From contig JBLIOC010000002.1 of NCBI GenBank assembly GCA_047639355.1, forward strand, positions 1 through 61,107: DNA of 61,107 bases. Reading direction: 5' to 3'. Origin of the DNA: Minisyncoccia bacterium. GTDB taxonomy: Bacteria; Patescibacteriota; Minisyncoccia; Phycocordibacterales; UBA918. This document shows positions 9,660 to 17,116 of the stretch, piece after piece; position 1 is the stretch's first letter, and every line of letters starts with the position of its first letter. The notes beneath the pieces are model-generated. The model ran no database searches, was not told the DNA's origin, and saw only the letters and a program-made list of their open reading frames with translations. The translations under genes and the position numbers were made by a program.

Positions 9660-9769
9660 TCATGTCAAAGTGTTAAAAAGGCAGTGGTCAATTCGGATCG
9701 CTGCCCTTTTACAAACAAAAGTTTTGAATAGCCGCCAGAATAATGCTACAGTACTGCGTACGAAACAAA

Positions 9770-9842
9770 GTCCTGGTGGCGAAGTGGTTAACGCATCGGT
9801 TTGCAAAACCGACACGCGTGGGTTCGAATCCCACCCAGGACT
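9770..9842 (+). tRNA. tRNA-Cys (GCA)
   Basis: Acceptor gtcctgg/ccaggac, anticodon loop ttGCAaa, T-arm gtggg-ttcgaat-cccac. Confidence 0.9.
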
Positions 9843-9871
9843 CACTTGCAAAAAGCAAGCGAATTTCACTC

Positions 9872-9957
9872 GCCCGGGTGGTGGAATCGGTAGACACGAG
9901 GGACTTAAAATCCCTTGCTATTCAAATGGCGTGCGGGTTCAATTCCCGCCCCGGGCA
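9872..9957 (+). tRNA. tRNA-Leu (TAA), long variable arm
   Basis: Acceptor gcccggg/cccgggc, anticodon stem aggga/tccct with loop ctTAAaa, T-arm gcggg-ttcaatt-cccgc. Confidence 0.9.
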
Positions 9958-9978
9958 CTACTATGCTAGACTTTTCTT

Positions 9979-10179
9979 ATGAAAATCCTTAAAGGTAATT
10001 TCGAAATACTTCTGTTGGCAATTGGCATTGTTTTTATATGGCGTGCTATATGGGGACTGTCAGACCTATATCTCTTTCCAGATAATCCAGAGTTGAGCTA
10101 TATTGTTTCAGCTTCTATGGGAATTATTATCTTGCTACTGACTGGAAAAAAGCCTAAGTCAATCGAGGAGCTGCTCTGA
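9979..10179 (+). CDS. Small two-TM membrane protein, hypothetical
   Basis: 66 aa with two hydrophobic segments. There is no recognisable family. Confidence 0.35.
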   Translation: MKILKGNFEILLLAIGIVFIWRAIWGLSDLYLFPDNPELSYIVSASMGIIILLLTGKKPKSIEELL

Positions 10180-10265
10180 CACAGATTGGTATTTTAACTA
10201 AAGTTTATTCTTGTGTAATTACTTGTTTTGTCCAAAAAATTATTGTACACTCTCGCAACACGCAT

Positions 10266-10338
10266 GCGCCCTTAGCTCAGTTGGTAGAGCAGCTCCCTCT
10301 TAAGGAGACGGTCCAAGGTTCGAGCCCTTGAGGGCGCA
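10266..10338 (+). tRNA. tRNA-Lys (CTT)
   Basis: Acceptor gcgccct/agggcgc, D-arm gctcagttggtagagc, anticodon loop ctCTTaa, T-arm caagg-ttcgagc-ccttg. Confidence 0.9.
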
Positions 10339-10382
10339 CACAGGTAAAACAAAACACTATTCATTTGAATAGTGTTTTGTTT

Positions 10383-10487
10383 TAGAAACTGAACTTCTTC
10401 AGTTTCGTGCCTGTGTGCGAGACGGAAGCATATATTTTGCTCGTTCGTAGAGCAAAATACAGCTGAGTCGGGGTCGAGAACACTTAG
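10383..10487 (+). repeat. B-type structured repeat, copy B1 ('empty site' version)
   Basis: tagaaa + hairpin ctgaa-cttc-ttcag + tttcgtgcctgtgtgcgagacgga + hairpin (atattttgctc/gagcaaaatac) + gagtcgggg|tcgagaacacttag. It is collinear with 11214-11409 except for a roughly 90-nt block. Confidence 0.5.
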
Positions 10488-10508
10488 TAGAATTTGCACG
10501 TAGTGCGA

Positions 10509-10535
10509 AATTATACTTAGTGATTCGTGACCACA
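10509..10535 (+). repeat. 27-nt direct repeat (left copy) flanking unit K
   Basis: aattatacttagtgattcgtgaccaca, repeated at 10654-10680 with 1 mismatch. Confidence 0.8.
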
Positions 10536-10540
10536 TTATC

Positions 10541-10647
10541 GGTATACATAATCAAGAGAGCCCGATTGAGACAGATTCGACCAGCAGGAGAATCTGTCCA
10601 ATTGGGATACTGGTCTCGTAGAGACAGAGACCCCTTGAGCCCTCACA
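10541..10647 (+). ncRNA. Structured repeat unit K (3' end resembles the tRNA-Lys 3' end)
   Basis: Helix ccgattg/caattgg capped by acagattc-GACCAGCAGGA-gaatctgt, then the GATACTG junction and hairpin gtctc-GTA-gagac. The 3' end gagaccccttgagccctcaca compares with tRNA-Lys gagcccttgagggcgcaca. The 5' boundary is uncertain. Confidence 0.45.
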
Positions 10648-10653
10648 ACGAGT

Positions 10654-10680
10654 AATTATACTTAGTGATTCGTGGCCACA
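10654..10680 (+). repeat. 27-nt direct repeat (right copy)
   Basis: aattatacttagtgattcgtggccaca. Confidence 0.8.
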
Positions 10681-10745
10681 AAATACAACCCAACACCCTT
10701 CCTAGCCCTCTACAAAAAATTCTGCTATACTCTGCCGGCAACCCT

Positions 10746-10827
10746 GCGCGGGTGGCGAAATTGGTAGACGCGCTAGTTTTAGGCACTAGTGGAGCAATCC
10801 ATGGAGGTTCAAGTCCTCTCCCGCGCA
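10746..10827 (+). tRNA. tRNA-Leu (TAG), long variable arm
   Basis: Acceptor gcgcggg/cccgcgc, anticodon stem ctagt/actag with loop ttTAGgc, T-arm ggagg-ttcaagt-cctct. Confidence 0.9.
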
Positions 10828-10859
10828 CAAAGAAAACTGCCCTTGTGGCAGTTTTTGTT

Positions 10860-10990
10860 TGCTCGGGAAGTAAAGTCTGGGAGACTTTACGTGAGGACTT
10901 GAAAAGGTTGCCAGCAACTTTGTGAGCGAAGCGATACAAAGTGGCGACAACCTGTACTGAATCTGTAAGATTCAAGTCCTCTCCCGCGCA
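10860..10990 (+). ncRNA. tRNA-like structured repeat unit L1 (carries an exact 26-nt copy of the tRNA-Leu(TAG) 3' end)
   Basis: Hairpin taaagtct-ggga-gacttta, and helix gaggacttgaa/ttcaagtcctc. Helix ggttgcc../..ggcgacaacc is capped by aactttgt-GAGCGAAGCGAT-acaaagt, followed by CTGTACTG and gaatc-TGTAA-gattc. The 3' ttcaagtcctctcccgcgcacaaaga is identical to 10808-10833. Confidence 0.65.
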
Positions 10991-10995
10991 CAAAG

Positions 10996-11070
10996 AGCGA
11001 GGCACGCAATCAACCGAACGTCTCAAATACCAGTAAATGAGCCGTTCGGTGGATTGCGTGCCTCGCTTTT
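10996..11070. other. 25-bp near-perfect inverted repeat (long hairpin with a T-run)
   Basis: agcgaggcacgcaatcaaccgaacg - 22-nt loop - cgttcggtggattgcgtgcctcgct tttt. Confidence 0.7.
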
Positions 11071-11213
11071 CTCTTTTAGAGAAAACCGTGTATCACACAG
11101 GCGTGCGTAGCACGCTACTCGTTTAATTTTTGCTGGAAAAAAGTTCGCGCAAATGCTAGAATTACTACCAAAGGTAAACAAAAAACCAGTCACAAAGTGA
11201 CTGGTTTTTTGTT

Positions 11214-11409
11214 TAGAAAGCAAACCGCTTTGCTTTCGTACCTATGTGCGAGACGGAGACATGTTTTTCTCCCCTTTTCTTGGGAGAAAAACAGTCGAGC
11301 CGGGTGAAAAAGTCTGAGAGACTTTTGCAAGACCTTGCCAGTCATTTTGGAGTCTGCAAACAGAATGGCGACGAGGTGTACAGAATTCGTAGAATTCGAG
11401 AACACTTAG
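11214..11409 (+). ncRNA. B-type repeat, copy B2, carrying an A/L-type core ('filled site' version)
   Basis: The backbone matches B1. It has an extra block at about 11306-11395: aaaagtct-gaga-gactttt, ccttgccagtcattttg-GGAGTCTGCAAA-cagaatggcgacgagg, GTGTACAG, gaattc-GTA-gaattc. The block is homologous to the L1 core. Confidence 0.55.
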
Positions 11410-12446
11410 CTTAAGTGTACCCTCGTCTTGGCAAAAGGCTGTCGCTTACGAACGTAAAGATTGTAATAACGCGCTATCACCTTCTTTGAACGTTGAGGAA
11501 GCTTATCTACCTGGGCACAACCCCATGAACAGTAGCCATTTCGTTTCTCTATACAATCACCACAACCGATGAAAAGGGTGTGGCAAATTTGGTTCTTGCA
11601 GTGGTAATGAGTATCGCTTTTTTCTCTTTTGCACAAATGACAAGTAGAAATAATTTCATCGCTGATACGTTCACCTAACCGTTCGTCAAATACAAAGTTT
11701 TTGCCCTTGAACTTATTTGGTAACCCTTGCTGATCTACCTGACGAGCATAGTCAATAATACCGCCCCTTAGGTGTCGCACGTCTTTAAAACCATTATGCT
11801 TTAGCCATGCGCTTGCTTTCTCGCACCTAATCCCACCTGTACAGTACATAGCGACCTTTTTGTCTTTATGCTCTTTAAGAAGTTCCGGAGTTTTCTTAAG
11901 CTCCTCACGAAACGTCACCACGTTAGGAGTGACAGCACCTTCAAAATGACCAACCTCAGCTTCGTAATAATTTCGCATATCTACAACAACAGCGTCCGGA
12001 TCGTCAACATAGGCATTCATTTCCTCAGCTGTAAGATACTGGCCGGTTTCGGTTACATCAAACGAAGAATCTTCTAGCCCATCGGCTACGATTTTTTCCT
12101 TAACTTTTACCGTGAGTTTAAAAAATGACGGTAACTCCCCTTCTTCAACTGCAATTTTATACGGGATTCTTTGCAGTTCAGGCTGTATTTGTATCCAAGC
12201 GTCATATTGGTCCCAATATACCTTTGGGACGTTCATTTGGGCGTTAATGCCCTCGTGAGCTACATATATTCGGCCCAGACAATCAAGGTCAGACCATTTT
12301 GCCAAGATACGACTACGGAACTCTTCTGGGTCAGCGATTTTTACATAACGATAAAATGACAAAGTGACACGAGGACGCATATCTGCGGCGGCCGCCTGGC
12401 GCTTTTCGGCACGACTTCTAAGGTCACGAGTTTCGCTGGTTTTCAT
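11406..12446 (-). CDS. trhO: Rhodanese-domain tRNA uridine(34) hydroxylase-like protein (TrhO/YceA, UPF0176)
   Basis: 346 aa with the rhodanese active-site loop YCTGGIRCEKA and the Cys-rich C-terminal tail typical of this family. Confidence 0.8.
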   Translation of the reverse strand: MKTSETRDLRSRAEKRQAAAADMRPRVTLSFYRYVKIADPEEFRSRILAKWSDLDCLGRIYVAHEGINAQMNVPKVYWDQYDAWIQIQPELQRIPYKIAVEEGELPSFFKLTVKVKEKIVADGLEDSSFDVTETGQYLTAEEMNAYVDDPDAVVVDMRNYYEAEVGHFEGAVTPNVVTFREELKKTPELLKEHKDKKVAMYCTGGIRCEKASAWLKHNGFKDVRHLRGGIIDYARQVDQQGLPNKFKGKNFVFDERLGERISDEIISTCHLCKREKSDTHYHCKNQICHTLFIGCGDCIEKRNGYCSWGCAQVDKLPQRSKKVIARYYNLYVRKRQPFAKTRVHLS

Positions 12447-12547
12447 AGTTCAAAATAATACCTTAATGAGTGACCAGAACGCAACCACCTATGCTCTAAA
12501 CATTATAAAAACGTTACTAAACAACCCAACCTTCATACCCCTTGGCC

Positions 12548-12576
12548 TTGACTTTTCACTCAATTCATGCTATTAT
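12548..12576 (+). promoter_or_regulatory. Sigma70-like promoter for 12653 gene
   Basis: TTGACT - 17 nt - TATTAT. A strong SD (aaggagag) lies upstream of the ATG at 12653. Confidence 0.55.
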
Positions 12577-12652
12577 ACAAACAGAAAGGATAGATTCCCT
12601 ATCCAAAGTTATACGCGGCATTCCGTCGCATTGACAACTTAAGGAGAGAAAA

Positions 12653-14065
12653 ATGAATAAATTAACGAAAATCGGCCTGGCTTTAATAGCCATAGGCACA
12701 ATGGGCGCATCGGCGCTGATGATTGTGTATTGGAGCTTTATTTCTGACTACACGACTGCTATTGTAGCAGCTGTTACCCTAGTAATTATTTGCTACAACT
12801 TGACTGGAAGGCAAAGTGAGTTAAACAACCAACCTTCTACAGAAGATCCTGTGCGAGTTGGTAAGTACCTGAGTGTATTTCAGTGGAATCTCATAGTCCG
12901 GCCTGTAGTGAGCTTGACTGCAGGAACGATTGTAGCAGCTGTCTTTAAGTTCGCCGATTGGTACATAGAGACTAATGTTATGAACATTTGGATCTTTGCA
13001 GGAGTTGCTCTTGGCATGGCGGTGTTTTTTGCTCAAAGTGAAAACGAAGATGAAGTTGTACCAGAATCTTATGGAGCAATGCTGACATTCTGGGGTGTGC
13101 GCTTTAAGGCCTATCGTAAGGAAGGACGTTATCCCTGGACTGGCAAGCTTATTGGGTTTGGAAAGTCTCAAACTGTTCATTCAGAAGGAACTGACAAAGA
13201 TGGTTTTATAAAACTCCTCCCTTTTCCAATTTCAATCTGGAACCAAAAGGATCAGAAAGGGAAAGTGCAGTTGAAAAGTTCAGCACGCGATACTAGCGAG
13301 GTGACCACCACGCTTACACTTACCCTCCAACTGCTAGATCCTTACATTTGGATTGACTCTACTGACCCTGCGCTCGACTTAGCTGAACAAGCTAGGACAG
13401 CGTTCCGAGCTGCAATCGCCTTCTTTACTGGAGTTGATTGCACTTTAGTCAAAAGCGTATTTGCGAACTTGATGGTTGGACTTCCAATTCTTTCGGTATT
13501 TTTACCCAAAACAATTAATGGTTATCCGAAAGGTTCCATGCTAAGAGACAAAGGTGGAGTTTCCATGTATACGGTGATTAAGAAAGGATCTGACGAGACC
13601 TCTGTCAAAGAGAAATTTGCTAAACTAATAGACAGTGACGCTGACAGAATAATGCTAGCAGAATGTAATTCAACCCAGGATAGTAGCGTGGTTGATTTTT
13701 ACATTGCGAAAAGAACTGTTGAAACGGCTTTCGCTGATGTTCTCGATCGCCTTGGTGCCCATCTCGTCAAAGCGGCCGTAGGGAATATCAGCCTTTCAGA
13801 AGAGGTTACAAGAGAAGCTAATAAAGCGGCCAGTGAGACGTTCCAGCGCGAAAGTCAAGTTGCTAGTGCAAAGACTTTTGTCGAGGTAGGTAAAATAATG
13901 CAAGGAGTCAATGAGTTAAGTCTATCTGACTTTGACAAAGCTATTGCGGCAGCGCAAGACAATCCTAACGTAAAAGTTGTAGCAACCAGCGGCGGAGATG
14001 ATTCGCTCAAAGGAGCAGCAGCTACACTCGCAGCCCTAACAAATGGAGGAAATACAAATGAGTAA
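12653..14065 (+). CDS. Membrane protein with an SPFH/band-7 (flotillin/stomatin)-like domain
   Basis: 470 aa with about four N-terminal TM segments. The region VPESYGAMLTFWGVRF ... TLTLTLQLLDPYIW ... AEQARTAFRAAI ... ISLSEEVTREANKAASETFQRESQVASAK follows the SPFH pattern. This is recognition by eye only. Confidence 0.45.
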   Translation: MNKLTKIGLALIAIGTMGASALMIVYWSFISDYTTAIVAAVTLVIICYNLTGRQSELNNQPSTEDPVRVGKYLSVFQWNLIVRPVVSLTAGTIVAAVFKFADWYIETNVMNIWIFAGVALGMAVFFAQSENEDEVVPESYGAMLTFWGVRFKAYRKEGRYPWTGKLIGFGKSQTVHSEGTDKDGFIKLLPFPISIWNQKDQKGKVQLKSSARDTSEVTTTLTLTLQLLDPYIWIDSTDPALDLAEQARTAFRAAIAFFTGVDCTLVKSVFANLMVGLPILSVFLPKTINGYPKGSMLRDKGGVSMYTVIKKGSDETSVKEKFAKLIDSDADRIMLAECNSTQDSSVVDFYIAKRTVETAFADVLDRLGAHLVKAAVGNISLSEEVTREANKAASETFQRESQVASAKTFVEVGKIMQGVNELSLSDFDKAIAAAQDNPNVKVVATSGGDDSLKGAAATLAALTNGGNTNE

Positions 14066-14489
14066 GTGGATACGCCGTAACATATGGTTGATGCCATTTG
14101 CTGGAATCGCCATTGTAATACTACTAAAAGGGCTGGAGATTCCCTACACTTCTGTAGACACGATAACAAACTCTTACCTCCGGCTAATCACCGAGTACAC
14201 GGAAGAAGAGTACGGAACAGGAAGTACTGTATGGCTTTGGGCGGTAATCCCGGTTATTGTACTAGTGCTTTGGAAATTATTTATCTCCAAATCATCAAGT
14301 TCAGGAGGCGGGTTTGCGGCTGGAATGGTGAAGATTTTCGACTCAATTCTGGGAACAATTGTAGCCTTAGTAATTGGAGCAGGAGGTCTTGCTATACTTA
14401 GTGTAGTACTATTAATCATTTTGGCTATTCTTGATTACAATACGGATGTCATGGACAAACTATTAGTCTTTTGGCAGTCTATTTTCTAG
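14043..14489 (+). CDS. Small multi-TM membrane protein overlapping the SPFH-like gene (possible NfeD-like partner)
   Basis: 148 aa with about four hydrophobic helices. It has a 23-nt overlap with the upstream gene and is followed by a terminator hairpin at about 14520-14560. Confidence 0.4.
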   Translation: MEEIQMSKWIRRNIWLMPFAGIAIVILLKGLEIPYTSVDTITNSYLRLITEYTEEEYGTGSTVWLWAVIPVIVLVLWKLFISKSSSSGGGFAAGMVKIFDSILGTIVALVIGAGGLAILSVVLLIILAILDYNTDVMDKLLVFWQSIF

Positions 14490-14577
14490 TCAGACTCTCT
14501 CCTTTTGTTCTTTAACCAAATGACTCCCCAAGCGTACACGCTTGGAGGAGTCTTTTTTTATAAAAGTATTAATTTAC

Positions 14578-14925
14578 TTAGTCAGGAACATCTAAACCAA
14601 ATGTACCAGCGACAATTGAAAGGATTGAGAAAGCAGAAAGCATTATTACTAGGCCAATAATGCCATAGGTTATGTGGGACACTCCTGTTCGTCTTGCTTC
14701 TTCGTTAGCTGCATTCATAAAATACTCGGCGCAACCCCAGATAAACATCAAAAGGGCTACACCCGACAAAAGCGCGATAGTAGGGAACAAAATAATAGTA
14801 TTGAGCTTATCGACAAAGCTTTTAGCCACAGCGACATGACCGTCAGCCTCTGCTACTCCTGACAGAGTGACGAATGCCCCAACCTGAAAAAGTCCAGCCG
14901 TTAATAAATTTTTGAGTTTTTTCAT
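14578..14925 (-). CDS. VirB2/TrbC-like pilin-type small membrane protein
   Basis: 115 aa with a signal peptide and two TM helices flanking the charged loop NAANEEARRTG. Confidence 0.5.
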   Translation of the reverse strand: MKKLKNLLTAGLFQVGAFVTLSGVAEADGHVAVAKSFVDKLNTIILFPTIALLSGVALLMFIWGCAEYFMNAANEEARRTGVSHITYGIIGLVIMLSAFSILSIVAGTFGLDVPD

Positions 14926-15061
14926 ATTAAATCTTAGCGCTAGTGGTATTGCTCAGATTTTACCATAAACATAACTGAAGAATTTGATTATGCGACTTTT
15001 TACCAACAAAAAAAGCCGCAGCCGCGGCTTTTTTGATAAACTTTTGATAAACTAATGTTTG

Positions 15062-15457
15062 TTATGATGGGGTGGTGATGGTAATTCCACGAGGAATACT
15101 AACTGTATCTTCGTCAAGCCCTGTACTAGAGGTCAATAGGTTAACAATTCCCCAGAATACGATAATGAGTACGAAACCGAGAGTTGCGTAAATCATCAAA
15201 CTCTTTCCTTGTTCTTTGGCTTCTTCGTTAGCTCCACCAGCAATGAAGAACCTGAACATTCCCCAGACAAATACCAAGAAACCAATACCAATGATGAACG
15301 GAATGAGGACATCGTTAGCAAAAATGAGGATGTTCGTGAGAAGTGTTCCAAACGGATTTTCAGAACCTACGGGAAGTACGCTGTGAGTAGAGGCTGAAGC
15401 AAGCATAGGCAAAGCCATCATGCTACCTGCTCCTAATATATACCTAATCTTTTTCAT
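15062..15457 (-). CDS. VirB2/TrbC-like pilin-type small membrane protein (tandem paralogue 1)
   Basis: Start MKKIRYILGAG. The core LIPFIIGIGFLVFVWGMFRFFIAGGANEEAKEQGKSLMIYATLGFVLIIVFWGIVNLL is identical to the neighbouring gene. Confidence 0.55.
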   Translation of the reverse strand: MKKIRYILGAGSMMALPMLASASTHSVLPVGSENPFGTLLTNILIFANDVLIPFIIGIGFLVFVWGMFRFFIAGGANEEAKEQGKSLMIYATLGFVLIIVFWGIVNLLTSSTGLDEDTVSIPRGITITTPS

Positions 15458-15493
15458 GAGTATAACTTTGTTAATTATTAAGACTATTATCAA

Positions 15494-15868
15494 CTAAGGA
15501 ACTGTTACTGTTGGAGTTTCAAAGTCGACATTACCGTTTTCAAGCCCTGTACTAGAGGTCAATAGGTTAATAATTCCCCAGAAGACGATAATGAGTACGA
15601 AACCGAGAGTTGCGTAAATCATTAAACTCTTTCCTTGTTCTTTGGCTTCTTCGTTAGCTCCACCAGCAATGAAGAACCTGAACATTCCCCAGACAAATAC
15701 CAAGAAACCAATACCAATGATGAACGGAATAAGGACATTGTTTGCAAACGTTAAAATCTCGCCAAGCAGAGTTCCCAAACGGCCGCCTGTAGCTTCAAAG
15801 GCGGCAGAAGCAGATAACGGAAGAGCTAGCAAGCTGACGCTGGTTATTACATGGCTAATTTTTTTCAT
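15494..15868 (-). CDS. VirB2/TrbC-like pilin-type small membrane protein (tandem paralogue 2)
   Basis: Start MKKISHVITS. It has the same core as 15062-15457, with divergent N- and C-termini. Confidence 0.55.
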   Translation of the reverse strand: MKKISHVITSVSLLALPLSASAAFEATGGRLGTLLGEILTFANNVLIPFIIGIGFLVFVWGMFRFFIAGGANEEAKEQGKSLMIYATLGFVLIIVFWGIINLLTSSTGLENGNVDFETPTVTVP

Positions 15869-16153
15869 ATGAAATTTATGTAAATCGGATAACATTAAAA
15901 CGATATTCTTATTATAAGGTATACCATACAGTAAACAAGCGAGTTATTCACTTATTCGCACGCCTACAAAGGCAGTTCAAAATTATATTCTACACGGTTT
16001 GTTTTCCTAGACCTATACTCGACATAACTATTCAACTAAAACAAATCAAGAAAAATAATTGCGAAAAACTAGTTCCGTAAAGGCTCTTATTAAAGATGCC
16101 GAACAAACTTATATTCAAACACACTAGTATTAAATTGAGTATTCACAGTTAAC

Positions 16154-16417
16154 CTAAACACCAAAAAATGATTCGCGTAGCAACGCCACAATACCCCAAA
16201 CACTGACCATAACCACAAATACGATTACAGCGACTCCGGCGTACTTACGACCCTCTTCCCGCTTCTTCTCATCACCGGCGTTAATAATCCAGGCATCTGT
16301 GAGCTTCCAAATTAGAAAAAGAAATACGACTCCGAAGATTGTAGAAATAAGAATATTAATTATTTCGAGAATGAGACTCACCAGTCCTATATATGTTGTA
16401 GGTGTTGTAGGCGGCAT
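16154..16417 (-). CDS. Pilin-type small two-TM membrane protein
   Basis: 87 aa with two TM helices and the charged loop NAGDEKKREEGRKY. Confidence 0.45.
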   Translation of the reverse strand: MPPTTPTTYIGLVSLILEIINILISTIFGVVFLFLIWKLTDAWIINAGDEKKREEGRKYAGVAVIVFVVMVSVWGIVALLRESFFGV

Positions 16418-16436
16418 AAATTATGTATTATAAGGA

Positions 16437-16694
16437 TTAAAAAGAGGTGGCTACATCACTCATAATATTCAGGATTACTGCTGAACCCATAATAACAACA
16501 CCTCCAATCACACCATATGTGAGCGCTCGTGTCGCTTGTCCAATCTGTTCCGGATTACCACGGGCGGTTACATACATGAAACCAGCATAAATAAGCAGGA
16601 AAACAACAATCGGAGTAGAAATTATCATTATCACATCCAAAATGGATTCTAGTAAAGCTTTAACGGAATCAAGACCTAGAGGATTTTTAAACAT
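16437..16694 (-). CDS. Pilin-type small two-TM membrane protein
   Basis: 85 aa. The motif YAGFMYVTARGNPEQIGQATRALTYGVIGGVVIMGSA is shared with 16718-17107. Confidence 0.5.
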   Translation of the reverse strand: MFKNPLGLDSVKALLESILDVIMIISTPIVVFLLIYAGFMYVTARGNPEQIGQATRALTYGVIGGVVIMGSAVILNIMSDVATSF

Positions 16695-16717
16695 ATAGTG
16701 TTAATTATATATACTAG

Positions 16718-17107
16718 CTAAGCTGCAAAGGTGTCAACGACATTCTTGACGACTACAGATATTGCTGCGGCGCCAATGACCAATACTCCACCAATAATCG
16801 CGTACGTGAGTGACCGAGTAGCTTGCTGCACCTGTTCTACATTTCCGCGGGCAGTTACGTACAAAAAACCTGCATAAATAATGAACAAGATAAGAATCGG
16901 GATGGCGATTATAACAAAAGCGTCTAGTATCGCAATCAGAAAACCTTCAATTGAATTTATACCATTGATACCAGACTTAAGCTTACTTTCTAATGTAAAA
17001 TTAATACCTGCAGCGTACATTATTTTCGGGAACCCTAAGATGAACAAAAGTAAAAACGAATTCAGAAAAAAATGTGGCCGAGTGAAAAATTTCTTAATAA
17101 GTTTCAT
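16718..17107 (-). CDS. Pilin-type small membrane protein with signal peptide
   Basis: 129 aa with the motif YAGFLYVTARGNVEQVQQATRSLTYAIIGGVLVIGAA. Confidence 0.5.
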   Translation of the reverse strand: MKLIKKFFTRPHFFLNSFLLLFILGFPKIMYAAGINFTLESKLKSGINGINSIEGFLIAILDAFVIIAIPILILFIIYAGFLYVTARGNVEQVQQATRSLTYAIIGGVLVIGAAAISVVVKNVVDTFAA

Positions 17108-17116
17108 ATAATAAAT

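Noticed and set aside
9215-9982. ORFs 9215-9652(-), 9660-9869(-), 9670-9969(+), 9709-9897(-) and 9743-9982(+)
   Set aside because: They are antisense to rbfA or run through tRNA-Cys and tRNA-Leu.
10272-11405. ORFs 10272-10499(-), 10643-11026(-), 10665-10925(+), 11023-11223(-) and 11190-11405(-)
   Set aside because: They cover tRNA-Lys, tRNA-Leu(TAG) and the structured repeats. They have no SD or protein-like composition.
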